Shown: positions 43,131 through 57,902, numbered from the stretch's first letter. The stretch is DNA of 64,000 nt from Octopus sinensis (GCF_006345805.1 NC_043003.1:71796001-71860000), one strand, 5' to 3'. Numbers and translations are program-made. The notes: a model not told the origin generated them from the sequence alone.

Positions 43131-43529
43131 TTCAACACGTGCATTTATAGTGTAAAATATTTATTGTGGTTAGACGATCTAAAGTCTACTTTTCAGCATA
43201 TTAGCATGGATTTTTTTTCTTTTGCTCTTATTTATAATTGCTTATATATTTTTATATATTCTTTTTTTCTTTTACTTGTTCAGTCATTTGACTGCCACCA
43301 TGCCGGAGCACCACCTTTTAGTCGAAGAAATTGACCCCAGGACTGATTCATTGTAAGCCTGGTACTTATTATATTGGTCTGTTTTGCCGAACCGCTAAGT
43401 TACGGGTATATAAACACACCAACATCGGTTGTCAAAATATAGTGCAGCGTACATACACAGATACGAAGGCACACTCACATAAAACATACACACACACACA
43501 CCTATATAATATAAATAATATATAAATAT

Positions 43530-43910
43530 ATTGCATATAATGTATGCCATAATATACATCTGGAAGATCCTGCAAGGACTTGTCTCAAACTTTGGCATCG
43601 GGAGTTACACAAATACTAGAACTGGGCACCACTGCATAGTGCCAAGGACTCCAAATTTGCCATCAAGATGTAGGACAAGATACTGCAATAGCCTGGGCTT
43701 CAGAAGTCCACAGCTCTTCAATATCCTCCCGCAGGACCTGAGAGACCTGCATGGGGTGAATGTAGGTGTCTTCAAAATAAAGCTGGACCTCTTCCTGTCA
43801 GGTGTTCCAGGTGAACCACCTTCGCGGCAAGAGGTGCAGATGAGGGCAGCTGCATCAAAATCTCTCACGCACCAAGTGTCAATTGCTAAAAAGCATTCGT
43901 GAAGTAAAAT
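43530..43910 (+). mobile_element. CR1/L2-group LINE ORF2 3' end
   Basis: IIYIWKILQGLVSN...NSLGFRSPQLFNILP...FKIKLDLFL..VPGEP...AAASKSL is a typical C-terminus. Confidence 0.75.
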
Positions 43911-44337
43911 TATGTAGCAACACCAAATAGCGGTGCCCCAGCATAGCCACAGCTCGTGAACTGAAACTAGATGAAATAAAACAAAAAGAAATATGCATAC
44001 ATATATGTACATACCTACGTATAAATGTATATGTAGATGCATATATGGGCACAGGACATAAAAAAAACGGTGAACACAATGAGAAACGAAAACATAAAAA
44101 ACGAACTTTTTTTCGAACAACGAAAAACAAACAAACAAACAGAGAAACGAGACATGCAACATAAAGAATATTCCCCTTCATCAGTTACCCTTGTTTCATC
44201 TACTCGAACCCATATATGCATGTGTATATACATATATGTGTAGGTATGTACATATATGTATGTATATATGCATATATTTATATATTATTTATATTATTAT
44301 ATGATCGAACGCCACGCATCCTTTTTCCAACTAAGTT

Positions 44338-44415
<78 letters not shown>

Positions 44416-44582
44416 GCTGTCTCCGTCGTTGTCGTCTGTCTGTCATGTCGGTCTAGTATCTCTCTCTCTAGCTCTCTATCTACTCTATCTCTCTATCCTA
44501 TCTGTCTCTGTCTACTGTTCTCTGTCTGCTCCTCTCTGCTGTCCTCTCTCTGTCTCTGTCTCTGTCTGTCGGTCTGTCTGTC

Positions 44583-44627
<45 letters not shown>

Positions 44628-45102
44628 CTATATATATACTATATATATATTATATATATATATACACGACAGGCTCTTTATGTTTCCGTCTACCAAATCC
44701 ACTGACAAGCACAGAGAAGGAAATACTTTATATTTCTGTTTTCTCGTGTCTATTTTCGCCGTTTACTTACTGTCACATCATAACTAATATGTTTTTTTTT
44801 CCTAATTATCAATGAAATAAATAGACTGGAACATCTGTGTTGTTTTAATGAGTGACCAGTGAACGAATGTAGCGAACCTTAGCTATTATTGATCAACAGT
44901 CTGTGAGTGTGTATGGTAGTATTGAGTATGTGTATCTATGTGTGTGTAAATAATATATATATATATATATAGTATGTGTATGTATGTATGTATGTATGTA
45001 TGTATGTATGTATGTATGTATGTATGTATGTATGTGTGTGTGTTTATGTATGCCTGTGCGTATATGCGAAGGTATGTCTATGTATGCATGTGTGTGTGTG
45101 TA

Positions 45103-45183
<81 letters not shown>

Positions 45184-45322
45184 GTGGAATATTATATATG
45201 CCAAAGGCCTGAGCACCTAGCCAGCGGTGTGGCGTCTTTTGAATTTTTAAAACAAAGTAAGGGATCACACTGTGATCAGTGGTGTATACTAACATCCTAT
45301 TATCTGATCATATAGTTATTAC

Positions 45323-45404
<82 letters not shown>

Positions 45405-46562
45405 ATATCTACTATCTATCTATCTTTCTATGTGTGTGCGCGCTGTAACTTTGTGTGCGCATGTGAGGATATGTGATGTGAAAGTAGATGTACTGCCTTG
45501 GTTTGTTGTGTGTGTTTGTGTGTGTGCGTGCTACCTGTGCACGTACGCTGGATACCCCGTATGCCGACGACAAGCGTGTGTGTGTGTACCTAGTACATAT
45601 ATGTATAGGTCTAAATAATGAATTTATCTGAGGATTATATATTTATCTGAGGGGATTACCAAATATGTAGAACGAGTTATTTTTCATTGTCTTAAATAAT
45701 TTAATTACTGGCAGGTTTTGCTAAGCACACATCCATATCTGTACGTATTAAGTTTCCGAAGGAACTTTAAATAGGATATTTTAAATACTATAGTGTTTTA
45801 GTGTATGTTCTCTATGCATTATCTTTCTACATATACATTATCAATGTGTATATATTTAGGGTAGGCGTGGCTGTGTGGGAATAAGCTTACTTCACAATCA
45901 CATGTTTCCGGGTTCAGTCCCACTGCGTGGCATGTTTGGCAAGCGTATTCTACTATAGCCTCGGGTCCACCAAAGCTTTGCGAGTGGATTTCGTAGACGG
46001 AAACTGAAAGAAGCCCGTCCTACACACACACACATACATACATACATATATATATATATATTATTATTATATATTATATATATATATATAATATATATAT
46101 TTATGTGTATGTATGTCTTAGTGTTTGTCCCCCACCACCGCTTGACAACCGATGTTGATAAATTAACACCCCACCAACTTAGCGGTTCGGCCTAAGACCC
46201 GATAGAATAAGTACTAGGCTTACAAAGAATATGTTTTGGGATCGATGTTTTCGACTAAAATCCTTACGGCGCTACTCCGGCATAGCCGCAGTCAAATGAC
46301 TGAAACAAGTGGATGAATAATAGAATATATGTGCACAGAGAGAGAGAGAGGGGGGAGGGAGAGGGAGAAAGAGAGTGAGGTTGAAAAGCGAAAGAGTACG
46401 AAATTACAGAAAAGCTTAAGGAGTGTCTGAGTACTGTCATTTCGGTATCATACACTCCTAATATACTAACAACTATTAGTGGAGTAGAAGTACTGCAATC
46501 ATTAGAACTATTAGCATTTCAAATTTTGATATCTTAACACAAGAATCATTTATATTTTAAGC

Positions 46563-46831
46563 TAGTAGTTCCCAATCTTTTTCATGCTGCCGTCCCTTTG
46601 GCACCCAGGCCACATTCCTAGCGCCCCCTCACCTTCCATACCACAAATATAGATTATTTTCTAAAGCAAATTCAAAACAACTGTATTTCACAAATAAAAC
46701 TTAAACCTAATTTACCTATTAATATTTTTTTTACATTTTTCCACCCTATCATCCTCCCACTTTTCTTCAATGCTCCCTGGATCTTTCCACCGCCCCCAAA
46801 GGGGCAGTACTGACCACTTTGGGAACCGCTG
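46563..46831. mobile_element. hAT-type MITE
   Basis: TIRs tagtagttcccaa / ttgggaaccgctg with a perfect 8-bp TSD ttttaagc (46555-46562 and 46832-46839). Confidence 0.9.
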
Positions 46832-46984
46832 TTTTAAGCAAATAGGACATCCAACCTTTAATTTTTTCATGCATAATTCTGGGATGATCTTAAAGTTAAA
46901 TACAAATTTTGGAAAATATTACTTGAGAAATGGTGACTTCATTTCAAAACAATCTTCAACGCTTATACATTCATGCATACGTAC

Positions 46985-47080
<96 letters not shown>

Positions 47081-47235
47081 CATGCATGTATAAAGATATG
47101 TGTGTATGTGTGCGTATGCATGCGCGTGTATCTTTAATCTTTAGCCCGTTTCAGTCGTTAGTCTGCAAAATGCTGAGGCACCGCCTTGAAGAATTTTTAG
47201 TCGAATATATGACCCCAGTATTGATTTTAAACCCT

Positions 47236-47280
<45 letters not shown>

Positions 47281-48829
47281 TAATATATACTATAGATGTA
47301 TGTAAGTAAGTATGTACATATATATAAGTATATATGCATATATATATATATATATATTATATATAGATATATATATATGTATATATATATATATATGTAT
47401 GATGATGTATATGTATTTGGATATAACAGATGAGGACAAGGTGAGGCTGTGTGGTAAAAAGCTTGCTTCCCAACCACATGGTTCCAGATTCTGTCAGACT
47501 GCGAGACACCTGGAGCAAATGTCTTCTATTATAGCTTTAGGCCAACCAAAGCCTTGTGAGTAGATTTAGCAGACGGAAAGTGGAAGAAGCACTTGGTATA
47601 TATGTATATATATGTATCTATGTGTATATGCCTTTGTTTCTGTGTTTGTCCTCACCATCTCCACCACCGCTTGACAACCAGTGCTGGGATGTTTATGTCC
47701 CGTGACTTTGCAGCTTTATATATATTTATATATATATTTATATATATGCATATGTGGGCACAGAACGTCATGAAACGTGTACAACAACCAAAATATACGA
47801 AGTACGAGTACATGGAATATGAACTATTTTTTCGAACAACGAAAGACACAAAGGGAAAACAAGGCAAACAACATAAAGAACGACCCTTTATCAGTTGTTG
47901 GCTGTTTTTCTACTCACGTATTTCGGGCATTTAGCAATATACGCTTTCGAAAAAACAGTTGCCCTCGCAAAGCAAATTAAATAGAATTTGTGATTTTGCA
48001 GAGGATCAAAATTGGTAACACAAACAGGACAGTGAAAACAAACAGTAAGGGTTGCTAAGCCTAACCGAGGTTGTGGTGGCGAACGCTTAAATCAAGCTTG
48101 GACAAGAGACAGACAAGAACACGTCTTCTTTGTTCCAGCTACAACGGAGAAAAAAAAGGTGTGTGTGTGTGTATTTGGTTTTTGTATTTTAGTCAACGAC
48201 TATTCTAAAGGTTGCAAGATGCAACGAAAATTTTAGAAAATATAAATAAGTGAATGAGTAGAAATCGAACCGGTGTGTAAAGTAATATATATATATACAC
48301 GCGCACACACAAATATATATATATAGATAAATAGATAGATCCACACACACTCATACACACATATATCACTTTCATATTTGGTTTGCAAGATTCTTGATTA
48401 TGAACTCGTGTGTGAAACAGGTTTTGTTGCATATCGGGCGGATCATTATATCAATTAACCAATTTTATCCCATAAACCTATCACTTGTTTGATTAATTAT
48501 TCGGTCAATCCATCAATCGCTAATGTTTGTCAAATTCCTTTTGTCGCAATCACGACCTCTTTAGATCATTTTTTCTACTCCAAATCACTGTCAGGTCTGT
48601 CTGTCTCTTAGTTCAGGTTCTGAGAGGCTGCGGTAGTGGAGAGAAAAGTATGTGTGTGTGTGCGTGCATACATACATAGATACATACATACATACATGTA
48701 AATATATACATACATGTATGTATATATATATATATATATACATACATACATACACATACGTACATATGCATATGTATGTGTATATGTGTGTGTATGAGTG
48801 TGTGTGCGCGTACATACATACATACATAT

Positions 48830-48975
48830 ATGGTTCAAATGTACAGAAAATAAAAGACAAAGACAAGTTAGAGAACAACAAGCAGGTGTATTAGTTTGAA
48901 TGGAAAAGTCTTTAACATTTTGCGCTTACGCTCTCCAGCAGAAAGGGATGAGATATTTAAAAATGTAGAGAGAAA
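48830..48975 (-). mobile_element. Decayed family A hammerhead element
   Basis: Minus strand cttt-CTGCTGG-agagcgtaagcgc-AAAATGTT-aaag is the same architecture with a mutated core. Confidence 0.55.
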
Positions 48976-48999
48976 AACGTGTGTGTGTGTGTGTATACA

Positions 49000-49330
49000 T
49001 ACAGAATGCACTGAATAAACTATCGTCTAAATTGCGTAAAAATGAAAATAACGCTGACATCTTATTTTAATAGATATATTTACCAAAAGTACATAGAAAA
49101 TATCTTGAATTACTAAAGAGTAGATTTCTGTAATAAAATCGCCATTGGCTTCAACCACGGCCTCCAGATGACTTCAGAATCTCCTGCAACTGTTCTGGAC
49201 GGTCTCCTTGTTTAAGTTGGTGAATGCAGCCATAATCTTTGCCTTCTGTTCATCTTGATCTCTCGCTCAATTGCGCCCCACATATAATAATGAAGTGGGT
49301 TGCAGTCTGGGGAGTTAAGTGGCCAGTTGT
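49000..49330 (-). mobile_element. Tc1/mariner transposase C-terminus and terminal region
   Basis: WPLNSPDCNPLHYYMWGAIERE... and AAFTNLNKETVQNSCRRF..HLEAVVEANGDF match the WPPNSPD.NP.D motif. Confidence 0.8.
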
Positions 49331-49719
49331 TAGGGGTGATGTGACACTGAACGAAACGCCTATGTTTCCAGAGGTGAATTATTAAAACCCCAAAGAATTC
49401 CTATCAACACGTGGCTATGATGCTCCCCTACTACTTCTCCTCGTGATCAGAGCTGCATATACCGTCAGCCACTAAGGGATAGGCTCAACTGGTTAAACTG
49501 AAGCAACTGACAAGCAAATCTGTGATACTGAGCAAAATATTTTCTGTTGCCAATGCATAACATGTATACTTTTATACCAAGACAAAACATGTATACTTCC
49601 AATTAGTTAAGATCAAAAGTAATGAGAACCAATGCTTCTAAAGCCACGAGAGACACTGCTTCAAAAGCCATGAGAGCCATACAGTTTCAATTCATCCATA
49701 AGAGAGAGGAGTTGACTTT

Positions 49720-50698
49720 TTGAATTTTTTCTTTAACTAATATCGCAGGTTCATTTTCTTCGACACCAAGGCTAGAGGGATCATGCAAAGAACAAAAAGC
49801 AACGGAGGTAAGCTATCTCCTTGGGAAATCCCTCTCCTGATACACAGGATGCCCAAGCTTTGTCCGTACGATGTCATCTCAGTTTTCCAACCTATCATAC
49901 TTCTCTTCAGAAAACATGCTATATTCCTTGCAATTCCAGACATATCCACTCAATGATCCACGAATGTGTTTCAACACATTATTGACTTTACTTGTCTCTT
50001 GATTTAGTCTCCATAGGCCATCTTTCTTGAAGTCGCACATAAATCCTGTCTCTTCTCCATTTAATAAATTCAAAATCTTGTTTATTATTATCTGGTTTAA
50101 ATCATCTCTGAACGTTTACACCAGTGGTTCCCAAAGTGGGCGTTGTTGAAGAAAAGTGGGGCGATAATGGGGTAGCAATTCAAGTAAAAACAACAAAATA
50201 ATGGGTTCATTAGGTTAAGTTTTATTTGTAAAATACTGTCGCTTTCAATATGCTTCAGAAAGAGGTCTATGTTTGTGATGGTTAGGTGGGGTGGAGACGC
50301 TAAGAATGTAGCTTGGGTGTCAAGGAAGCGGCAGCCTGAAAAAGTTTGAGAACCGCTGGTTTAAATCATCATTTAAATTGTTTAAATCATCTCTCATCGT
50401 TTAAATAGTCTCTGATCACGAATTTTTCACGACTCACTGTCGTATATTCTTGTGAGCAATTGTCCTTTCTTCTGTTACGCTACCTCCGTTTCTCGTATAT
50501 ACAGCATTATCTGATATTCTTCTTTTGATAGCTTCTAACTCCAGTTCTGATAACTATCCATTCTTTCGTATTGCTCTTGCTTGATCACATAATCTCTTCA
50601 GCAATTTAAAACAGATCCATTGTCTTCCTTTCTCTGGGCATTCGTTGTCCTCTGACTGGCACGCCATTTGCATCTACAGGAATGCTCCGATAGTAACC
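49720..50698 (-). mobile_element. Degenerate R4/Dong element (5' part and RT fragment) starting at an (AAT)n array
   Basis: ORF 49737-49949: WKTEMT...IRRGISQGDSLPPLLFVLCMIPL. The 5' part begins directly after the 50698-50753 array. Confidence 0.7.
50122..50358. mobile_element. hAT-type MITE nested in a Dong fragment
   Basis: TIRs cagtggttcccaa / ttgagaaccgctg with an imperfect 8-bp TSD gtttacac / gtttaaat. Confidence 0.75.
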
Positions 50699-50714
50699 AT
50701 TATTATTATTATTA

Positions 50715-50753
<39 letters not shown>

Positions 50754-51142
50754 GAGTGAGAGTGCAGTGCATGCCATCAAAGTGACACTGGGGTAAAATA
50801 TACGAAGCCCAGTATACCCATCATGACTACCCGTCTGATAAGAGTACACTAGGCACATGCATCACAGTCATATGTGCGCAACATGGTGATCTCATATCAA
50901 GATTAACAGCACATGACCTTGCAGGTGAGACACAGTTAGAATTTTCATCTGGTCGAGTAACCCATCCCACTCAAAAGGGTCCCTGAATAAGGTCTGTTTA
51001 AGGATGTTGAACGAAACACCCATGTTTCCAGGGGTGAATTATCCAAACCCCAAAGAACTCCTCTCAATACATGGCTATGATGCTCCCCCACTACTTCTGC
51101 TCGTAATCAGAGATGCACATATTGTCAGCTACTAAAGGACAT

Positions 51143-52260
51143 CCTCCACTCTAACATGTTGGTGGTCTGCCTTCTACCACCACTCTTAGTCTGACGTCTT
51201 CTGGGAGAATAATTTCCTATGTGATCTCGTACAAGTCTTTAAGGCTCACTTGTATGGCCATCTCGAGGCCATATTCCCATCAATTAACCTGTTTCTTATG
51301 TGGTCAAAACAGGCACTTGAAAGCAAGATGCTCCCAGAAAGAAAACAAAGAGTAGAAGCAGAAACAACAGAGTGAAGAACAGAGTACCGAAGTAGTGGAG
51401 ACGGAAGGAGAGAAAGATAGAGTGGAGGAATCATTCACTGTCGCGAATAAGAGAAAAAGGAAAGAGCGGGTGAGCTCTCCACCAGAGAGCCAGAAAAGGA
51501 TGAAGGAAATTGAGATGGAGGAGAAAAGGAACAGGTTTGAGACACCAGCAGAATCAACAATGGAAGGTTGGGTGGAAACAGAAACATCATTGCAACACAA
51601 TGTGGAAGGCTTAGACATTGAGGTTTATTTTAGTGCACCAAGAGAGGAACCAAGTGGAAAGACTCGCTCGGACAGCCCAGATCCGTCGCTGAAGCAAATG
51701 AATGTTAAAAAGAGAAAAAACAAGTGGCATGTGGTCACATACGCCAGAAGTATGGCAATCGAGAGGAAAATCAAAAAGTTTAAATCGATCATAAGAGTAA
51801 GGTTGTCACTGGAGAAATATACAGAACACACCAAGGGAATAATTATTGACAAGGAGAGATATGAGAAACTGAAAGAACTGTTCGGAAGTAGTATAATCCC
51901 TTTAGGAGTCGAAACTGAATTCGACGAATTACCATCGGTCGTGGAGTATGAAGATTTGAAACACTTAATAAACTGTTAAAAAGAGTAAAATAAGTAAAAT
52001 TTATTTAAAAAAATGGATTTTCAAATATATTTTTAAATACGATGCTAAAAGGGAAAAAAGAGAATGTAAGAAAGATTTGTTAATTTGTATAATGTAAACT
52101 GTTAAATGGTACTGCTTGAGAGTGGGGCTCAATGCAGCCATTAATTATATTATTTTTATACATCTTTCATTTTTCATTCGTTTTATGTTTTTGTCTCCAC
52201 TGTGGTGTTCTGTCTGTCCCCCACCTGTGTTACGGCCGTTGTGCCAAATAAAGAATTTCA
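51143..52260 (+). mobile_element. Gag/ORF1-like sequence with CCHC zinc knuckle, followed directly by a 3' UTR and AATAAA (candidate ORF1-only LINE derivative)
   Basis: CFLCGQNRHLKARC (C-X2-C-X4-H-X4-C) at 51290 is in frame with ORF 51395-51979 through one stop codon. No ORF2 follows. AATAAA at 52247. Confidence 0.6.
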
Positions 52261-52449
52261 GTTAGCGAGGTGCACGCGGACTACGAAGTTACGTAATCAT
52301 AATGCGGGACATATAAGCGGCGGGGTTGGCAGAGTCGTCAGCACAACGGGAAAATGCTTAATGGCATTTCGTCTGTCTTCATGTTCTGAGTTCACATCCC
52401 GCCGAGGTACAATACAACGGCGGGCATTTGTATGATGCTGTTGTATAAT

Positions 52450-53525
52450 GAGATTATGCACCCCTCTCAGTAAAAAGTGGTAGTAGGCAGCCATTATAAC
52501 TTGACCAGTAGCTGATTGACAGTAGGAGATCTACAAGGTCAGAAGTATGTGTAGACTGTGTTGATAGTCGTGTCTGTTCTGATATAGTAATTATACTATG
52601 ATACTGAGTGGACGTTATAACGATCCAAGCTTTTCAGGATAATAACACTGTACGACTGGGGTTCGTACAGTGCCAGATAGAACCATTCTATCGACGACTT
52701 CGGAATATAACAATATCTGTCAGAGCGACAACCGTCCCCAAGACAGATACCACAGTGGTAAGAGACCGCTTTACAACAGTGGCGACGAGGAAAAACAAAA
52801 ATCTTTTCACTTTGACCGGCAGATTTAAAAAATAATTTCTTTGTAACTAAACGCTTTTAAACTTCGTATACTGGTAGAATGTGTCACATAAAACATATTT
52901 TTCTCTTGGCGTTCTTGAGAAATTTATGTAATTTGTAAGCTATTTCTTGTTTAATTTCTTGTATTTCGGCAATTTCAACCAATCAATGACGTCTATTGAA
53001 GTGAATACAATTACCGCTGTAGTTTGCAACAAGTTCAAGAACAACTTCCGGCGTGAATTTATTTGGCACCGAATGTATGGAGAGATTTCATTTATGGGAC
53101 ACAACCATAAGTGCTTTGTGCAGTAACGTAAACGGGGCAGTCAAACGATCGAACGAGGTCGATGAACTGAAACAAAAAATGAAAGAAACTTTCCCAAAAG
53201 CTTTTTCGGGAGGTTTTAGCTGTTGCACAAAAAACAAAAGCAAGGATTGCTATCAAAGAAAATTCAATCCCTAATTTTCAGGCCCAAACGGAACGTGCCG
53301 TTTGCAGCGGTAGATCAGGTCAATAAAGAACTAGAAAGGTTAGAAAGCCTGAATATAATTGAAAAGATTGACCATGCAGACTGGGCAGCACTGGTGGTGC
53401 ACGTAAAAAAAGAAATAATAAGCTTAGAGTGTGCGCAGACTTCTCAACCGCATTAAACCACTGTTTACTCGCACACAATTACCTACTTCCAAGCCCAGAA
53501 GACGTATTTGCTAAACTAAACGTCT
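52450..53525 (+). mobile_element. Internally deleted Gypsy LTR retrotransposon remnant (LTR end, PBS, RT fragment), interrupted by another repeat
   Basis: ...acaACA-g-TGGCGACGAGG PBS-like motif near 52780, and pol remnant PIFRPKRNVPFAAVDQVNKELERLESLNIIEKIDHADWAA...LRVCADFST..LPSPEDVFAKLN. Confidence 0.75.
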
Positions 53526-53559
53526 GATCGAAAGAAAGAATAGAGTCGTACAAGATTTA

Positions 53560-55400
53560 TTTATTTCAACATCTCCCGAACTCTCGGACCTTCGATGTCT
53601 CCGACGCTGAAAATATATCGTCATAAAACCGGCCGATAAGAGTGGAGCTGTGGTGGTGTGGCGCATAGACCTTTACAAGGCTGAAGCTCTCCACCAACTT
53701 CAAGACACCTCCTATTGCCCTCTGCCCTCAAACCATACGCCTAACTACCAACTGTGTCCTCCACTGTTCATGATTTCATGTCCTCCTCCCGTCTCTCTTC
53801 CACCGCCTCCAACCTCATTTTCCGCACTCCACGCACACCCACTTCTTATTTCCTTCCAAAAATTCACAAGCCCAACAACCCTGGCCGCCCCATCGTCTCC
53901 GCATGCTACTACTCCACGGAAACAATCTCCAAATACCTCGACTGTGTTCTTGTTCCCCTAGTGGTTTCCCTTCTCTCCCGCACCCACGATACTAACCCAG
54001 CTCTCCATCTGTTTAACTCTTTCTCCTTCCCTTCTAGCCCCTCTTAATTTCTGTTCACTCTTGATATCAAAAGTTTATATACGGTGATCCCACACAACGA
54101 AAAGCTTTTTATGCTGAAACACTTTCTAGACCTTCGGCCTAACCCTCAACCTGATACCTCCACACTTCTTCGTTTGGTCGAACTTGTTCTCTCCCTCAAA
54201 TGCTTCTCGTTTGCTGAGGATTTTTACCAATAGTTCTCGGAGGTGGCCATGGGAATGAGAATGTGCCTCAACTATGCGAGCCTGTTCGTTGGCTACGTTG
54301 TGGCACAAATATTCTCACAATTCACAGGTCCTACTCCCGAACTATACTGTTGTTATATCAATAACTATATCGGCGTAACCTCACTTTCCCGCGAACAACT
54401 AAATTCCTTCCGCTCTTTTGTCCAATCCTTCCATCCTGTCCTCGAATACTCCTGCACTATCTCTAACTCTTCTGTCGAATTTCTCGACATTTCTTTCAAC
54501 ATAGACCACTCCGCTCTCATTACCTCCATCCACTACAAACACCCTGACTCACACTCTTACCTTAACTTCTCCTTCTCCCACCCTACCCATACCAAGCTCT
54601 CCATCACCTATTCCCGATTCCTCTGCTTGTGCAGGTTCTGCAGAGATAATCATGACTTAGAGACTCAGTCTCACCTCATAGCTCGTCACTTTATCCTATG
54701 TGGATATCCCTTCACCACTACCTACACTGTCCTTGCTAGGGCACGATCTGTGAACCGTGCCTCTGCTCTTTCTCCTCACACTCGCCCAGACGTTGCCCGT
54801 CTCCCGTTTCCCCTCACCTACATCCCTTCCCATCTTCCCCTCCAACGTACCATTCTCCGAGCCTTCCGGCTACTCCAGTTCGACCCCTCCACCTCGCACA
54901 TCTTCTCCAACCTACCTCTTCACATAACCCGAGTGACCCCCTGGTCCATAGTTTCTTTCCTAATCCCACTTCCCAGCCTTGCTCGTACCTCTGCTCCAGC
55001 CCTCCCTGTCGCACCTGCTCCTACCTCTCGAACGTCACCACCTTCACAGGCACTCATCATTGTCCTTATCACATCACTGACTCCTTTAACTGCTCTTCTA
55101 GTAATGTTATTTACTACATCTCCTGCTCTCTCTCTCCCTCTCTGTCCTTTCCTGTACATCGGCCAAACGGGACGCTGCTTGGCTGCCCGGTTCGCTGAGT
55201 ACCTCAGACTCGGCAATTACACTTCGGCCTCGCTCTATTTTCGTTCTACCGGTCGCACGCTACAACATATGTCTGTGTTCGGATTATCATTGCACAGGGG
55301 CCACCCGGATTCCCGCCTTCGCCATGAACAAGAATTAATCTTGTCTCTTCGCTCTTTTGCGTTAATGAGCTCAACTCACCTCCTCTCTTCATCTGACATC
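53560..55400 (+). mobile_element. Penelope-like element RT plus GIY-YIG, pseudogenised
   Basis: VIKPADKSGAVVVW, YFLPKIHKPNNPGRPIVS, LDIKSLYTVIPH, VAMGMRMCLNYASLF, degenerate YINN for YIDD, and YIGQTGR.L..RF.E. Stops and frameshifts present. Confidence 0.9.
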
Positions 55401-56352
55401 AACCTCACCTCCTCTCCTCATTTGACACCTACCCCACACTACTCCACACACACTAGCACTAACCACTTCTCAGCAACCACACCACACACCATCATCTACA
55501 CACCTATACAACATCAGCCACACACCTACACACCATCTTCAATAGGGTCACCACACACACCACTATATGAGCAGCCATACACACTGTTTAACTCAATACA
55601 CACACTACATACCATCTTGCACACTCCCACACCCATATAAGCACATAATATTTGAACAAATACAATATATACATACACACGCAAAGCGCGTTGACACACG
55701 CAAAATACATAGACAAAGATGACTTTCGCCTACATACATACACCATACATATGCACGCTGTTTGGTCACAGGCACACACACATGTGCACATACCACGTGA
55801 AAAAGCATAAATCAACAGCTACACACAACATACTCACGCGTTAGACATGCACACACACACATACACACACGCGCGCACACACACACACACGCACACACAC
55901 ACGTCAGAGTTACTCGCCCATAGTCACGCATGCACACTTATGAAAGGTAGACAAATATCTGTTTTCAAAAAGAACACACTGGGTTATGTGTTCGTGGGTT
56001 CTAGCTCCAGAGGGAAAAGTCAAGATGGTTACGGCAGAAATATCATTGGTATTAGGTCAGTTCATTTGAGCTGGCCAAGGGTTAAACAATAATAATAATA
56101 ATAATAGCAACATTAATAGCGAGGCAATTCTCTTCGTGGTGATTCAACTTGCTAGAAATAGCAGCATTACTTTTTTAAACTTCCTATTGTTGGAATGAAG
56201 GACACAATAATAGTCCCAGATATACTAGTCAAAGTAGAGATGAAACCGTCATGGTCGGGACGTCTTTTGTGCTATGTCTGTCCATTCACAGTTCAGTTGA
56301 CCCTAACCAACAACAACAACAACAGGTATAAACAAAGAGCAAGTGAACTTAC

Positions 56353-56477
56353 TTTAGTCTTTCACTCAACGGTAAAGTCCATTGTGTTTTACTTTCACAT
56401 GTATTAATATAACTTGGTCTTCGGACGTTACTTCTCCAATTCTTTTGGGGTAACGGATCCACTTTATTTGAGAACAT
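56353..56477 (-). CDS. Candidate 5' coding exon, possibly of the TMC gene (MFSNKVDPLPQKNWRSNVRRPSYINTCESKTQWTLPLSERL)
   Basis: Unique non-repeat sequence with an ATG, an open frame and a consensus AA|gtaagt donor. LPLSERL loosely resembles the N-terminal LP.S..E(K/R) motif of TMCs. Phase 2 does not join exon A directly, so another exon would be needed. Confidence 0.25.
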
Positions 56478-57104
56478 AGCTTCCCTACCTTTTTTTTTTC
56501 TAATCAAAATATATTCATTTATAGTTTTGTATGAAGAATTAGTTAAAAAAAAAAAGATATTCTGAATTAATCGCAAGTTTTAACGGTTTTAAACTCAGCT
56601 TAAATTTGTATGATGAAGTTAAAGAAAAATGTTTATGTTTTTGCTTTATTTTAATAGCTAGGCCTGGACACAAGCAATTGTATGTGTGTGTATGTGTGTG
56701 TGTCAGTGCATTTACTGTATTTAGGCTGATTCAGTGTTCTGGAGTTAACCCATCGACGCGTTGTTTACATATTGAAAGGAAGAAGGAATTGAAGTAGAAG
56801 TCTTAAATATAAGTTCTAAATTTTAGTACTGTTGTTGTTCACCTATAAGTGAGTTGGAACTGAGCAGATATGATCAAAACAGTTCCAGCCTAGACCATCC
56901 CAACATTTCTTAATGGTATAGTGTATCTAGGATATAATATACAGTGTGTGCGTCGTTAAGTCTATTTATTAGTAGCAGGTTGAGCAATTACTTCAAGGCT
57001 GGTCCGGCGCTGACTCGCGTGTCAACAGCTACAATCACTAGAAATTTAATGTACAAACAGTGGAAAATGTGTGCGTGCGCGTGTGTTTGCGTGTGTGCGC
57101 GTGT

Positions 57105-57145
<41 letters not shown>

Positions 57146-57588
57146 AAGTGTACGTGCGTGTATGTGCAAAAACAAGAAGAAAGAAGAAAGAAAAAAGTCA
57201 ATATAGCAGCAGCCAATGAAATAAGCTTGTCTACGTGGTGGTGGTTAGGCCTTAATTGTTGATCGAAGACCACAGCAACAACATTAGAGGTTATAGTAAA
57301 ACTAAAAATCAAAAAAAAAAAAGCAATATATCATATCACTCGTAATATATCATCAAAGTGTTTATTGGAATAAGTATTTACGACATTTTATAATGGCAGT
57401 TGCCTATTATATATCATTGGCGTTTAGTCTTTCAATATTTTTCAGACATAAATTGCATGGAGGCAGGGTGGAGCACTGTACCAGTACGTACGTACGTACG
57501 TACGTATGTATGTATGTATGTATGTATGTATGTATGTATGTATGTATGTATGTATGTATGTATGTATGTATGTTTGTATGTATATATA

Positions 57589-57624
<36 letters not shown>

Positions 57625-57838
57625 TGTATCTCTCTATCTCTCTGTTTATGTATCTATGTATTTACGCAACTATATATGTTCGTTCATATGTACGTATACA
57701 TGTGTGCATTTATGCATGTATGTAAGCATGTATGTATGCACGTGTGATTATATATATGTAGTACACATGCATGTGCATGCATTCTCAACCACGTGGTCCC
57801 TGGTTCAGTCCCATTGCATGGCACCAAAACCGTATTTG

Positions 57839-57901
<63 letters not shown>

Positions 57902-57902
<1 letters not shown>

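Noticed and set aside
44160-44200. Permuted (type II) hammerhead GAAAC...CTGATGA on the minus strand
   Set aside because: Only 9 nt separate the motifs, too few for stem III, the cleavage site and stem I.
54243-55640. 465-aa ORF as a host gene
   Set aside because: It is a decayed Penelope RT (YIDD changed to YINN) that drifts out of frame into GIY-YIG and low-complexity sequence.
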